Source of the DNA: Heteronotia binoei | Lineage: Eukaryota | Length of the DNA stretch: 64,000 bases | Reading direction: 5' to 3' | Assembly: GCF_032191835.1 (NCBI RefSeq) | Contig: NC_083241.1 | Span: 434,001 to 498,000, forward strand | Part shown: piece after piece, positions 1-27,600 of the stretch | Layout: the number at the start of each line of letters is the position of its first letter | Position numbering within the stretch: position 1 is the first letter of the stretch | Notes under the pieces: model-generated | Seen by the model: only the letters and a program-made list of their open reading frames with translations | Told to the model about the DNA's origin: nothing | The model's database searches: none | Position numbers and translations under genes: made by a program

Positions 1-204
1 GACCAGCAGCCAGGTGCGTGGCCCTGCAGCCACCTGGAAACTTCCTGTGCCCATATCTTTGGGCTTGGGAAGAGACAGGTTGGCCGGGGCAGCAGTGGGT
101 GTGACTGGCAGGGCCCAGACTTCCCAAGTGGGGGAGGGGGGAGGAATGATGCCAAGCCACAGGACTTCAGCAGACAGAAAGGGTCTTCCACTGGGCACCG
201 TGAG

Positions 205-441
205 GTGAGGTGGGGCGGGGCGGGGCCTTTCAAGCCGGTTGGCGATGGCTTCTGGCTCCATGGGCTGGCTCAGCCCATCTATGAGTTTCAGCCTGGGAAG
301 CAGCAGCCCCAGGGCGGGTGGCGGAAGGGGGATCTTGCAACGCCTGCCGCAGGGCTTGGCGAGGAGGTTTCCTGTTCCTTCTTTGAGCCCCAGCCACTCT
401 CAGGAGGCCACGGCAGGCTCACCCACAGGAGCAGTACCAGG
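205..441 (+). promoter_or_regulatory. Candidate FES promoter and non-coding exon 1
   Basis: Tandem GC boxes GGGGCGGGGCGGGGC at 212-226 and a donor-like CAG|GTACGG at 441. A matching acceptor TTTGTAG lies at 1175-1181, just upstream of the ATG. Mammalian FES has a non-coding exon 1. Confidence 0.4.
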
Positions 442-1202
442 TACGGGGGGGGGGGCTCTTCCGTGGAGGGCGAGGTAGGCCCTGTCTCCCCCCCCCACCT
501 CCTTCCTGAGCACTGCTGGGGTGCCGCTGCCCTCTGGGCAGGGGCTGAGAATCCTGCCAGAGGGAAGTGGCCCCCTGGCCGGCAGTCCAACGCTGGATTT
601 TTTCTCATCCCTACCTTGGAGACTGACTGGGGGGGGGGGGTTGGGGGGGTGAGTTTTCGAGAGCCAAAGCCCCTTGGTCAGCGCTTGGACTCCCAAAAGC
701 TCCTACTCCCCCCCCAAACGCCCCCATCTCCCTGGTCTCTCAGGTGCTCCTGGGCTTGAATGTAGCCGGAGAGAATCCCCTCCCCTCTGGCTGCCCAGAC
801 CAGCCCCTTCTTGGCAGGCAGCCTGGCACAGCCCCCTTGCCAAGGGAAGGAGGGAAAGGCTGTGGGGGGGAAGTCACCTGCCCCAGGACTCTGGGCCCCA
901 TCCAGCACCCGTGCTCGGCTTGGCCTGTCTTGGGCTTGGTCACCAGCCCTGCTTCTCTGGGGACACCGTGCCTTTGGGAGCCCAGCTGCCCCACCAACAG
1001 CAAGGCTTAGCTGGTGACGGTGTCTCCCCCTCCCTGCCTCTCCCTGCCCTGTTGAGGAACCGCTCCCCACCACCCAGGAAATGCAAAGGGGAAGCCACTG
1101 CAGGCCAGGGAGGGAGGGAGGGAGGGTTCTCTGAGCCGCTCTCAAGGCCTGAGGACACCTTGACCATGGCCGGCTTTGTAGGGAGGCAGCACAGCAGGGC
1201 CA

Positions 1203-15172
<13,970 letters not shown>

Positions 15173-15389
15173 AGGCACCAGCCCCAAGGGCCCCCCCTCT
15201 CCCCGGCTGCTGACTTTGGGCCTCCTTGCCCCACGCCATGGCCACCGTCCCTCGCGCCCATGCTTTGCCCTTGCTGTTCCAGCCGCTCACTAAGGCTGAC
15301 TTCCAGTTCTGCCAGCTGTTCTCTAGAGGGGCCAGAACATTCCCTCTCTGACTCTGGGGGGGTCAAGGTTCCCTGGAGCTGACAACCAA

Positions 15390-15395
15390 AATAAA
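15390..15395 (+). terminator. Probable FES poly(A) signal
   Basis: First AATAAA about 220 nt after the FES stop, followed by a T/GT-rich stretch. Confidence 0.7.
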
Positions 15396-15467
15396 GACTG
15401 TACCTTTTAAAAATATCCCAAATGCAGCTGCTGTTTGGTGGGCTTTGTTGTATTTAATCTCAGAGTG

Positions 15468-15530
15468 GGAAGGGGCCAGCAGGGTCATCCAGTCCAACCC
15501 CCTGCCAGCGCAGGAACTACCTGACAAGCT
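15468..15530 (-). mobile_element. Very short CR1 3' end
   Basis: GAGTGGGAAGGGGCCAGCAGGGTCATCCAGTCCAACCCCCTGCC is the reverse complement of the CR1 terminus. Confidence 0.6.
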
Positions 15531-16353
15531 GGGAAGGACTTCCAAAGACGTGTGCCTGCCAGACCCACATCTGTGTGGGTGAGGCCTCTTTCTCATTCGG
15601 GTCCCAGTTCACTCTAAGGACACCAAGCATAAGAAAGAAATCTCTCTTCTTCTGCCCTGAAGATGAACAAGTGAATGAACCTGAGATGCAGTGCAGTTGA
15701 TATTGTTAGGTCCTGCTGCTCATATTCTAACAGGGCACATGCCGTCCCATGCCCTTCAGTTCTCTATATAGGGCAAACAGGCCAAACCCCTAAGCCAAAG
15801 GATAAAGGGACACAAACCTGACATCGAGAATCACAAAAGTGAGAAACCTGTAGGAGGACGCCTCAGCCTTTCAGAACGTTCAGTAGGGGACCTCAGAGTA
15901 GCTGTTTTACTGCAAAGAACTTTCAAAAACAGACTAGAAAGGGAGATGACTGAGTCATAAGTTATTAGAATATTCAGGACAATGAAACCCCCCCAGGGCT
16001 TAACAGAGATATTGGTTTCTTATCTCACTACACATGCCAATATTATTCAGTTCTCACATCTGTTTGTAAACTTTTTAAAATTATGCTGTATGCTAATCTG
16101 CTGTTATATATGGGTCTTACCAATTGCCTTAAACCAATTTTAGCTATATTAATTGCTCTGTTATTTATGCGTCTCGACTCTACCTAGCCCTTCCTGGCAC
16201 CTAACGCCCCCCTCCCATATGTCTGGCTCGAGGAAGTCTGTCTCTGTGCATCTGAAGAGGCTGGCCTGGTCCTGCCGGTCTGTGGCTGGGCTCCCTCTTT
16301 AATGCTCCCACAGGCTGCATACAGCCAGCCTGGCTCTCAGCAGGGGATGTGAG

Positions 16354-16574
16354 CAGTGTCTCCTCTAAGCTGAGTCAGTGTGAGCTAGCTCACAATGTTT
16401 TAGCCTCCAGCTCACACATTTTTGTCTTAGCTCAGGTTGGATGGCCCCAGAGCAAACTAATTTATGCAGGAGCTCACAACTTTAAATCCAGTCGCTCAGA
16501 ACTTTAATGCTAGTAGTAGCTCACAAAGTAGAATTTCTGCTCATCGCAAGACTCCAAGCTTAGAGGGAAGACTG
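16354..16574. mobile_element. hAT-type MITE, 221 bp
   Basis: TIRs CAGTGTCTCCTCTAAGCT and AGCTTAGAGGGAAGACTG. The 8-bp target duplication is GATGTGAG (16346-53) / GACGTGAG (16575-82), with one CpG-type transition. Confidence 0.85.
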
Positions 16575-18239
16575 GACGTGAGGTGTGTATTGGGGGGGGG
16601 GGGATTTCCTTCCCCTTTTCTCTGGCCAGGAAGGTTTCCAGGGGGTGGCTCTTTCTTTCCGCTCACAACAGAGCCCCTTCCCACACACACACACGCACCT
16701 GTGAGCAATGGTGGGCTGGTCCCAGTGCTTGTTGGTTGGCTTGTCTCACAAAAATTAAGCTTCCTTTCCTCAGCCAACCTCCCCCTCCCCAAAAAACGAC
16801 CCCTAACTAAAGCCTGGCTAAGGGAGGAGCCTCCCCAGAGGCACAGCACCCCCCCACAGACAGACAGACAGACTGAGGGGGAGAAAATGGTCCTCCCACC
16901 TTTTAAACTGAGGCTGGCTCAGCCCTGCCCATCCAGGGGAGTTCCCTGGGCTCTGATTGGCTGACACACTCAGATTTGCATATGGCCTAAATGGCAAGGA
17001 TTGGTTCAGAGCTCTGGAGGAGAGGTGGGACTTTGGGGGATGATTGCCAGGGCTGCAGACCCAGCAAGGCCAAGATGTGGAGGGGGGAGGGGAGGCGAGC
17101 TTGACCCTCCAGTTAATTCCTTCCCTCCAAGCAGCTGGAGGGGGGGGGGGTCTGGCTGCTGCGATTGGCCCCCACTTGCTGGTGACTCAGAGGCAAGCCC
17201 AGTTCTTTCCCCTCCCTGGGTGCAGAAGACAGAGCACCTCCAATCAGGCCCATTCCAGGGAATCACACCGGGTCCCTCCCCCCCCCCCCTTGGCTTCAGC
17301 ACTTAAGGGAGGGAAAGCCTGCACGCTTAAAGGCACGAGGGGCTGGCTGCCTGCTGGGCATCCTTCAGGGCGCCTCCTTTCTGTGTCACTGCTGGTCTCT
17401 GCAGCCTCCTTGGGCCTTCACCTTTGTTTCTTCCAGTGGCTCCTGCCTTCTAATGCAACCAAGTGCAACAGTCACTCTCAGCCATGGGACCACTTTCCCC
17501 TTTCCCCTCCTAGCAGGCTTACAATGTATACGCGAGGATCCATGTTTCTGCCAAAGGGAGATATGTGATGTGAAGGATGAGGATCTATATATCCATGCTT
17601 ATACTCCTGCTTTTGTACCGTGGTGGCACTAAGGTGCTGGGGTCAGAAGTTCTCTGGTGCAATCGGTTAATACATGGTGGATTGAAGTGACCTCACATAC
17701 AATCTTGAAAATTCATCCTTTGGAACAACATTCGAAGGGTCCATGTTTTCCCAGCATGGTGTTGCCACGAAGCTGTGGTTCCCCGGTTTCTGTGGCGTGA
17801 GCTCTGCCGATGGACATGATTTGAGATTTGGTGGTGAGCTTGCCGGGGAGTCTCCCCCAGGACAGGTGCCCAGAGGGGACGATCCAATGCAATGATCCTA
17901 AGGGTCCGTGAGAAACCCTGTCCTGGAACCCTGTGTATGGACTGTGGTGTTGCCACCAAGCTTTGGAGCCACGATTTCTGCCATGCTGTGGGATTTGATG
18001 GTGATGTTGGGGTAACCCAGAGCTGAAATCATTGGGCTGCCTGCTTCAACACCAAGTTTTTGCAGAACAGCGTCATCCGCAAGCCATGGAGCCGGGGGTT
18101 TTGTGGCGCAAGTTCTGCCCGGGGACATAAATGAGGTGCAGGTTGTGATGGTGAGCTGGAGAGCCTGGTCTGGCTCCTGGGGGAGGTCTCCCTCCCTCTC
18201 GTCCCGCTACAGCCTCCTCCCCTCCCCTCCCCTCCCCTC

Positions 18240-18617
18240 CCCTCCGCGGGGCCGGGCCGGCCCCATCCCGCACTAGAGGCCCCGAGGAGGGCGGGGCGGG
18301 GCGGGGCTGCGGCAGGCACCTCCCCCTCTGTGCATGCTCAGAGGGCGGCCCGGGGCGGGGCTTGGCGGCTCCCCCCGCGCAGTGGCGGCAGCGGCGGCCG
18401 AGGTGAGGGCGGCTGGGCTCCGGGGGGGCGGCGGCGGGCGCTCCTCGGTCTGGGGCTGCTGCGTCCCGGCGGCGCTGGGCCTGGGGGGGGGGGTTGCCAG
18501 GGCCCCTTCTGCTGGGGGAGGGGAGCCGGAATCCCCCGCCCGCCCTCCCCGGGAGGCTGGCGTCGGGGCTGGGCGCCTGATGCTGCTGCTGCGGGCCCTG
18601 CAGATGCGGCCCGCAGG
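18240..18617 (+). promoter_or_regulatory. MAN2A2 CpG-island promoter and 5' UTR
   Basis: CpG-dense, with tandem GC boxes GGGCGGGGCGGGGCGGGG at about 18289-18306 and a donor-like GAG|GTGAGG at 18403. Confidence 0.7.
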
Positions 18618-21600
18618 ATGAAGCTGAAGAAGCAGGTGACGGTGTGCGGGGCGGCCATCTTCTGCGTGGCCGTCTTCTCCCTCTACCTGATGCTCGACCG
18701 CGTCCAGCATGACCCCGCGCGCCGCCAGGACGGGGGCAACTTCCCGCGGGTGAGTGGGGCGCTCCCACGGGGGGCTGTGGCTGTGCAGGCCGGGGCACCC
18801 CCAGCCCCGCGAGGAAGGCTCACCAGCCTCCCCCCCTCCCCGCCCCCCAGAGCCAGATTTCCGTGCTGCAGAACCGCATCGAGCAGCTGGAGCAGCTGCT
18901 GGAAGAGAACCACGAAATCATCGTCCACATCAAGGACTCTGTGCTGGAGCTGACCGCCAACGCCGAGGGGCAGCCCGTCCTCCTGCCCTTCCACATGCCC
19001 AACGGCTCCTGGATGCTGCCCCCGGAGAGCCGCCCCAGCTTCTACGCCGTCTCCTCCCAGGACTGCCAGTTTGGCCTGGGACCCAAGGCCCCCCAGACAG
19101 ACCTGCAGGTGAGGGGGAGAGAGCAGGCCGAAAGGCCCCTGGAGGAGGGGGGAGGGGAGGGGAGGGGCCACCACCTGGGGCCAAAAGCCCGGCATGGACC
19201 GAAGAGAAGCCATGCTGGATCAGGCCAGTGTTGCCACCAGTCCAACACTCTGTGCCACACAGTGGCCAGACCCCAGGGTCCACCAGGAGGTCCGCCAGCA
19301 GGGCCAGAACTCCAGAAGCCCCCCCCCCCCAAGCACCAAGAAGACAGAGCACCAGTGCCCCAGACAGAGCGTTCCACCTGTCCCTTCTGACTGACAGCCA
19401 CCGATGGGCCTCTGCTCCATATGTTCATCCAGTCCTCCCTAGAAGCTGCTTGTACTTGTTCCGGTGAGTCTACCAATTCCTCCTCCCCCCAGATGCTGGC
19501 TGTGGCCGCGTTGCTCCCGTACGACAACCAGGATGGGGGTGTGTGGAAACAAGGCTTCGATATCACCTATGAGCCCAATGAATGGGACACGGAGCCACTG
19601 CAAGTCTTTGTGGTGCCACATTCCCACAACGACCCAGGTGAGTGAGCGGCTGCTCGGTGGCCCTCTTCCCCACATTCCCTATAGCTGGAGTAAATGAAGC
19701 CTGCCTGCCTGCCTGCCTGGGGGAGGCGACTCAGAGGCAGGGTCCCCCCGCCCCCACAAGGGCTGGCTGTCCAGCAACGAGGATGCAAACGGCCTCCTGT
19801 TCTTGGCAGCAGCAGCCTTTCTCCTCCTCCGAGCAGAAAGTCGGAACTGAAGGTTTTCAACCGTGCCCAGCCCCCTTCAGGGAGCAGGTCCTTTCTGCCA
19901 TGGCAGTGTCCATTTTGGGAAACCCGAGTGGGAGACGTCCCAGGGCAGAGGCCGAGGGAGGGGGACCGAGGTGGTTTCGGAGGCCAAAAGCCTCAACAAG
20001 GATTCCTCCAATAAGCGTCTTGGAGCAGCCACCCAGCACAAGGGGCAGAGAGCTCTGCAGCTGAGCCCATCACAGGCCTGGTTCGGTAAAAAGCAGCATC
20101 CCACTGTCCCAAAGGAAATCTCAACTTGGCTGCCGCCAGAAACAAGGCGAGCCTGTCTGTGAGTCTAGCTAGAGGGTCCCGCGGGTCCCTTGAGGCCTGA
20201 GCCACAGCAGACATGGTGGGGGGACATCTGCTGTAATGCTCCATTGTTGGTGTCCCCCCCCCCCCAGGCTGGATCAAGACCTTTGACAAATACTACTTCG
20301 ACCAGACGCAGCACATCCTGAACAGCATGGTGGTGAAGCTGCAGGAGGACCCGAGGCGGCGCTTCATCTGGTCCGAGATCTCCTTCTTTTCCAAGTGGTG
20401 GGACAACATCAGTGCCCAGAAACGGGCTGCCGTCCGCAGGTGAAGGGATGGCGTGGGGGGCGGGGTTGGGGTGAAGTCTTGGGCAGTGTTTTTGGGGGGC
20501 TTGTGTGTCCATCCAGCTAGTCCTGAGTAATGCAAGAGGGATTTGCAGCGACAGGAATGCTTCCGTCTGTGAACTGGACTCCGAAGAGCCTGTTTGCCCT
20601 TTTCATTGGCTCAGTTCTAGGGAACTTCCCAGGCTGTTTGTGCACCAGAGTCCGTCTTCTCCGCGGAGGGCCCTATGCAAATCCACTATGCCTCCTGTTC
20701 CCCCGGAAGGATGAGATTGGCTCTGGTGAAAGGAAGACGTGTGCGTGCGCACGCAGAGGGCAGAGGCTCCCGCACGAAGGAGTCCTCCTGCTGCCCATGT
20801 GGAGGCCCATGGAGGCCTCTGAGGTCTGTTGTGCTGCAGCAGGAAGCTTAAGGGTGACTCTGCTGTTTCTCTGGGTGGTCTCCCTGGGCTGTGAACCGTT
20901 GCTGGCTTGGCTGTGCGGGAGGGAGGGAGGGAAGAAAAGGCCTCGTCGTGCCTTGCCAGCCTGTTCACATCTGAGGGCCTTCGAGTCTGAGAATGGTGGG
21001 TGTGAGGAGGGGAGGCATGTGCGATGTGTCTGAGGCAGGTCTGAAATTTGTGCTGCCAGCCAGCTGAAGCCACAGCCGTGGTTGCAACCTTTGACTCTGA
21101 TCCCGCTGGCAGGCTGGTGGGCAACGGGCAGCTGGAGATGGCAACCGGCGGCTGGGTGATGCCCGATGAAGCCAATTCCCACTACTTTGCCATGATTGAC
21201 CAGCTCATTGAGGGGCACCAGTGGCTGGAGAAGAACCTCGGTGAGTGGACCATTGGGGGGCCCACTCTTTGGGGGGCCCACTCTTTGCAGGGCTGGAAGG
21301 ACTGAAGGCACACAGCTGGCTGAGGGCCCACTTTGGCGGTGGTGGCTGGAGGCTTTCACATGGAACCCTGCAGTGTGGTGCTGCGGGGAGAGGCTCAGAC
21401 AAGGACGGGGAGACTCTTGAGTTCAACCCCTCCCTCCCCCTCCCCGGTCTGCCACAGACAGGAGCTTGCGGGGGGATCTTGGGCCACGCCTCCTCTCAGG
21501 AGACATGGGGCTGCACAGAGCCCGCCATGGGGGTGCTGGACCAGCCGTTGTCCTCTCCACAGGGAAGAAGGAGAGGAAACCACCTGGGGGGGCGTTTCCC

Positions 21601-24600
21601 AGAGCAGGTAGTCCGGGGGTGACAAGGATAGTTGCCCAGAGTCCTCGGAGGGATGACACAGGCTTATATTCCCCGATAGACTGACTGAGTGGAAGATTCC
21701 CCCACGGAGGCGAGAGTGTCAGGCCACTTAATCTTGGAGGGAGAGGAGTCGTGACCCCGCTGACCCCCCCCCCCCTCGGAGTCTGTGGGCTGGGTTGTGC
21801 CACCTGCAAAGGCCTGCAGTGCTGCTGGCGGGGGGGGGGCGGAGCTTTGGCTGCCTCCTTGTGGCAGAGGAGATCGGAGGCACTGCCACACCAGGCGGTT
21901 TGCTCATGCGTTATAAAGGCTGGTTCACCTGCTGGAAGGTGACCTGGGAAGACTCAAGCGTGAGCAGTTTGAGGACTGCAGCTGCGGGACTGAGGGCTGT
22001 AACCAGAAACTCTCAGGTGGGCTTTTTGAGATGAAGCCAACAAGATCGTTGCTTTAATTACACTTGGCAATTGGTGCGTGGCCGGATTGCTGTATTGAGT
22101 GCGGGCCTTCCTGCCATCCTTGTCTCCCTCATCAGGAGGCTCCAGCTGGCTTACGCAGGAACGGTGGGAAACTGCGGCAGCCGGGAGGCCACCCTCTTCG
22201 GTGGCTGGTGCTGCTGCTGCTGGCCCCACAGGCGCGGCTGGCTCAGGGCCACGGGCTGTGAGTTGCGTCTGTCAGCTGAGCATTAAGGCAGAGCCGATCT
22301 CTTGGGAGGGGAGTGAAAAACGAATAGGGGCCTGTTGCAGAATGTCAGCTTCAATAAAACCTTGCGATGACGCTGTACTTTTCTGGAACTGAAAACATCT
22401 GACATTTTCAGGCTGGTCCAGCTGGGTAGATTGCTGAAAGATAAGACGGAGTCATTAGGCAGGCAGAGGAGTCCTGCTGGGAAACTGGCAGGCATCCTGC
22501 GTTGCCTCTGCTCAGATCAGGTTGCAGCAGAAGGTCTCTTGGGACCTCAAAGGCAGCCATCTGGATTCCTCTGCTGGGTCAGGGAGAGTCATGGAAGGGG
22601 CCTCCAGGGCCATCTAGTCCACCCCCCTGCACAGTGCAAGACATTCACAATACCTCCCCCCCACACACACACCCACACACACCCGTTTCATGCCCAGAAG
22701 ATGGCAATAAATAAATAAATGACAACTCTCCAGGATCCTTGGTTAAACTGGCCTGGAGAAACATTTCTGGCTGACCCTGAAGTGTCAATCAGCATTTCCC
22801 TGGATGTGCAAGCAGGAACTACGAACTGATGCAGCCCTTCCTGCCCTCCCTCCCTCCCTCCCTCATCTGCCTAAGTTCACATTGCTGCCAGAGGGCCATC
22901 CAGCCTCTGCTTAAAACTCTCAGGAAGGAGAGCCCACCCCCTCCCGAGGAGGAAGCCTGTCCCACTGAGGAACTGCTCCAACTGTCAGGAAGTTCTTCCT
23001 CATGTTTAGCAAAAACTCTTTTGATTTAATTTCAATCCCTTGGTTCTGGTCAGATGTTTTGGCCTGTGGAGGTGCTTGGAGCTGGGAAGGCCAGGCTGGC
23101 CTCACACCCACTCCGAGGCTGGAGCAATGCTGAGAGGCCCCAGGGCCGCTGATGCCTCTTCTTTCTGCTGGGCAGGAGTGATGCCACGCTCCGGATGGGC
23201 AGTGGATCCTTTTGGGCACAGCTCCACAATGCCGTATCTGCTGCGCCGTGCCAACCTGACCAGCATGCTCATCCAACGGGTCCACTACGCCATCAAGAAG
23301 CACTTTGCGGCCACCCAAAACCTGGAGTTCATGTGGAGGCAAAGCTGGGGTGAGGCAGAGGGGAGGGGAGGGGTGGGCCCCGCTTTGCTGCCCGCTCTGG
23401 GCCGAAAAGGGATCGTTTCCCCCTGAGGGCAGGTTGGAGGGGGACCCTGGCCTGAGCTGCAAGCCTTTCCTGCAAGTGTTTCCTCTGGTGCTGCAGCTCA
23501 CTCTGCTCGGTTAGATGCCCGAGAGGCGGGCGGTGGGCAAAGGGGGGGCTTTGAGCTCTTTTGGAGTCCCTTCCAGAGCACCATGCCCTTCTGGGTCTTC
23601 TTCAGACACAGACTCCAGCACAGACATCCTCTGCCACATGATGCCCTTCTACAGTTACGATGTGCCCCACACGTGCGGCCCTGACCCCAAGATCTGCTGC
23701 CAGTTTGACTTCAAGCGTCTGCCGGGGGGCCGCATCAACTGCCCCTGGAAAGTGCCCCCCAAGGCCATCACAAGTGCCAACGTGGCGGAGCGGTGAGTGG
23801 CTCCCATGCGCAGCTCGCTCTTCCCTCCTGCAGGGCACAGCTCCAGGGGGCTTTTCTCCCGGGGGAAGGGCTCGTCCGGGCATTGCTCTGAGCTCTGCCG
23901 CTGAGGGTCTCTAGGGGGTCATACCCGACATTTTTCTTCTAGAGCCGCCCTTCTCTCTGGCCTTGCAGAACCCACCCTGTGAGGTAGGCTAGGCGGGGAG
24001 TGTTGCTCTGAACCTGGCCTCCCAGGTCCTAGCCTTTCCCTCCTGTGTGGCCTCCCGCCCTCAACCCCCCCCCCCCCCATGGCTCTTCTCCTCCCAGGGC
24101 GCTGCTGCTGCTGGACCAGTACCGCAAGAAGTCCAAGCTCTACCGCAGCCGAGTGCTGCTGGTGCCCCTCGGGGACGACTTCCGCTACGACAAGCCCCAG
24201 GAGTGGGATGCCCAGTTCTTGAACTACCAGCGCCTCTTTGACTACCTCAACGCCCACCCGGACCTCCATGTGCAGGTGCAGCCGTGGCCCCTGCTCTCCC
24301 CCGGGGGCTCCGGTCCCTCCTTCCGCCTCCCGCTCCCCCCGGCCCAGGGGGGATCCATCCGGGGAGTCTGCTGAGGCGCTGCCCTCTGCCCTCCCGCAGG
24401 CGCAGTTTGGAACTCTCTCGGATTACTTCGATGCCCTTTACAAGCGGGTGGGCATCGTGCCTGGCGTGCGCCCCGCTGGCTTCCCCGTGCTGAGTGGGGA
24501 TTTCTTCTCCTACGCGGACCGAGAGGACCACTACTGGACAGGCTACTACACCTCGCGGCCCTTCTACAAGAGCGTGGGGCGGGTGCTGGAGGCCCACCTC

Positions 24601-27600
24601 AGGTGAGGGGGGGAGGGCTGTGGGGGGGGGAGGCTGCTTGTGGGGTGTCGGGGGAGCCAACGGTGTCCTTTCCTGTGAGGCAGGAGTGCCGAGATCCTGT
24701 ACAGCCTGGCTGTGAGCCACGCCCGCCATGCGGGCATGGACAGCAGGTACCCGCTGTCAGACTATGCCATGCTGACCGATGCGCGACGCAACCTGGGCCT
24801 CTTCCAGCATCATGATGCCATCACGGGCACGGCCAAGGAGGCGGTGGTTGTGGACTATGGTGTCAGGTGGGTGCCAGCCTTGGCCTGGGGGGAGGGTTTG
24901 GCCTCCCAGCCTGGGCCTAATTCCTTCTCTCTCTCTCCCCCCTGCAGGCTCCTCCACTCCCTCATGAACCTCAAGCGAGTCCTCATCAATGCTGCACACT
25001 ACCTGGTCCTGGGTGATAAGGAGGCCTACCACTATGACCTGGCAGTGCCCTTCCTTGGCCCAGTGAGCCCCAGCACGGCCCCCCCCTGTGCCCACCAGAA
25101 GGGTGCCAGGCTTGACCCTGGCTGCGCTGGCCTCTGGCGGTGCTTGCTGAGTCCCTTCTCTTCCCCAGGACGAGACGCGCCTCAACCAGGACTCCTTGCC
25201 GGAGAAAACGGTCCTCAAGCTCGATGCCGCACCCAGGTGGGGGGGGGACGGTGTGGCTGCCCGCAGTGGGTGGGGGAGGGGGTCTAGATCTCTCCCCTCC
25301 CTGCTGCTTCTCCTCCCGCCTTGGTCTCCATAGAGGGACCTGCTAGTTGGGCCCGGCTGGCAGTGGAGGCTGGAGGGCGGCATGAAGAGCACGGAGGGGT
25401 TCAGCTCACTGGTGCAGGGGAGGGGGGATGCTCAGGGCTCCTTTTCTAGCAGGAGCTCCTCTGCATATTAGGCCACGCCCCCCTGATGTAGCCAATCCCC
25501 CAAGAGCTTAGAGGGCCTACTGTAAGCGCCAGGAGGATTGGCTACCTCGGGGGCGTGGCCTAATATGCAGAGGAGCTCCTGCTAGAAGAAGATGCTTCTT
25601 CTGGGGATGCTTGACGGGGCCTCCCGGCTCTTCTAACCACATGACCCACTTGCAGGTTTGTGGTTGTGTTTAACCCCCTGGAGCAGGAGCGCCTGAGCGT
25701 GGTGTCCCTCCTGGTGAACACGCCTCGCATCCGCGTCGCCAATGAAGAGGGGCAGCCTCTGGCCGTGCAACTCAGCGCCTGGTGGGCTTCTGCCACCGAC
25801 ATGGCCCCTGAGGTCTACCAGGTAGGGAGTGCAGCCAGCCTGGGGGGTGGGGGCAGAGGAGAGGCCCTGCTGGAGGGAGAGATGGGGGAGGCTGCCCCTC
25901 CTTCCTTCGCACACACAGATACATGCCAACCAACACAGCCGGCCGTTTCCAGCATGCTTCTGGGCCCTGATGCTCATCTAGGGACTTGAGGCCATTGTGG
26001 GTGCCCCCCACCCCACCCCCCATTGGGCTTCCCCTGTCTGTGCTCTGGCTTGACAGGCGTCCATCATGATCCGACTGCAGCCGCTGGGGCTTACGGTCCT
26101 GCAAGTCAGCAAGTCTTTTGACAGCCACAACACTCTCCGGTCCTCCGTGCGCCTCTACCTGCACGGCCGTGACCTCCCCGTGCGCAAACATGAGGCCTTC
26201 CCGGTGCGCATTGTCCCTGCGGCCCCCGAGGACTACTGCCTGGAGAACCAGCAGATGCGGGCCTGCTTCTTGGGGCCCAGCGGCTTGCTCAAAGTACGTG
26301 TGCCCCAAGGAAGGTGAGGGCTGGTTGCGGGGGGAGGGGGGAGGAGTTGCTGATGCTGATCGGGGGTCTTCCTGCCCCTTGGCAGAGCGTGCATCAGGTC
26401 GGGGAGCAGCAAGCGCGGAGGCTGCAGAGCCAGTTCCTCATCTACGGGACCCGGAGCACCAAGGACAAAAGCGGGGCCTACCTCTTCCTGCCGGATGGAG
26501 AGGCCAAGGTCTGGGCAGGGGCTGGGCTGGGCAGGGGATGGGGAGGAAGAGGATCCTCACCTTGGGGCAGGCCTGGTTGTTCCCTGCTTCCCGCAGCAGA
26601 GATCCACCCACCTCCTTTCCCTCGGGCTGCAAATGCTGCTCCAGCCCACGCATGATCCAGGGGTCACTTCTGGAGAAGCTGGAGACTTACATAAGAACAC
26701 AAGAGAAGCCCTGTGGGATCAGGCCAGCGGCCCCTCTAGTCAGCACTTTAAAGTGTCACACAGTGGCCAACCTCCCCCCCCTCCAGATGCCATCACGTGT
26801 GTGCCAAGGCATCTCCCCCCCCCCCCCGGGCAAAGTGCTCGTCTCATAATTTTCGCTGCTGACTTGGCCTTCTTGAGTCCCCCATGCGACTGCCCATCCG
26901 CACCGCGATGCCGTGTCTTTGTTGTGGGGAGATTCTGGGTTCAACACAATGCCGTGCTGTGGACCTTCTGAGGTTGCTTTGACTGCCGGGGCTGCTCTGG
27001 TTTTGTAAATCTGGCTCATACAAACGCCCTTCTTGGGAAAGAACGCCTGTCGATGAGGCGGTTAATGTGCCCTCAAACGATGGGAGGGAGGCCTCCCTTC
27101 TGCACACTGGTAGGATTTCTCATTCTCCTGCATGGAAGCATCTGGAAGATTCTGATTGTTCTGATGGGGCTTTGGAGGGCAGATAGTTAGAATCATAGAG
27201 CTGGAAGATACCAGTGAAATGCACAAAATTCACAAGTATGTCCTCCCACCCTACACCCCCCCCAGTGACCCCTGCTTCCTGCCCATAAGTTTTGGGGGGG
27301 GCCTCCAGGATCCCTGGCCCAACTGACCAGGGGGAAATTCCTTCATGACCCCAAACTGGCAAACAGCATTTTCCTGGGTGTGTAAGGAGGGGCCCTGAGA
27401 ACTCAGCCCCGATGCAGCCCTTCCCTCTTGTGCTCTGCCCAAGTTCCCAGTATCCCTGTACGATTTGGTTGTGAGCCAAAGTTGCAGCCGTCGTTGTTTT
27501 CCTTTGTGGGATTTCACAGATAGCTCTTAACATTTTGTATTGGCTTGTTTGTAAAGGGCATGTTTTTGAGTATTTGCAGCCATTTTTGAAGACCCCCTTG

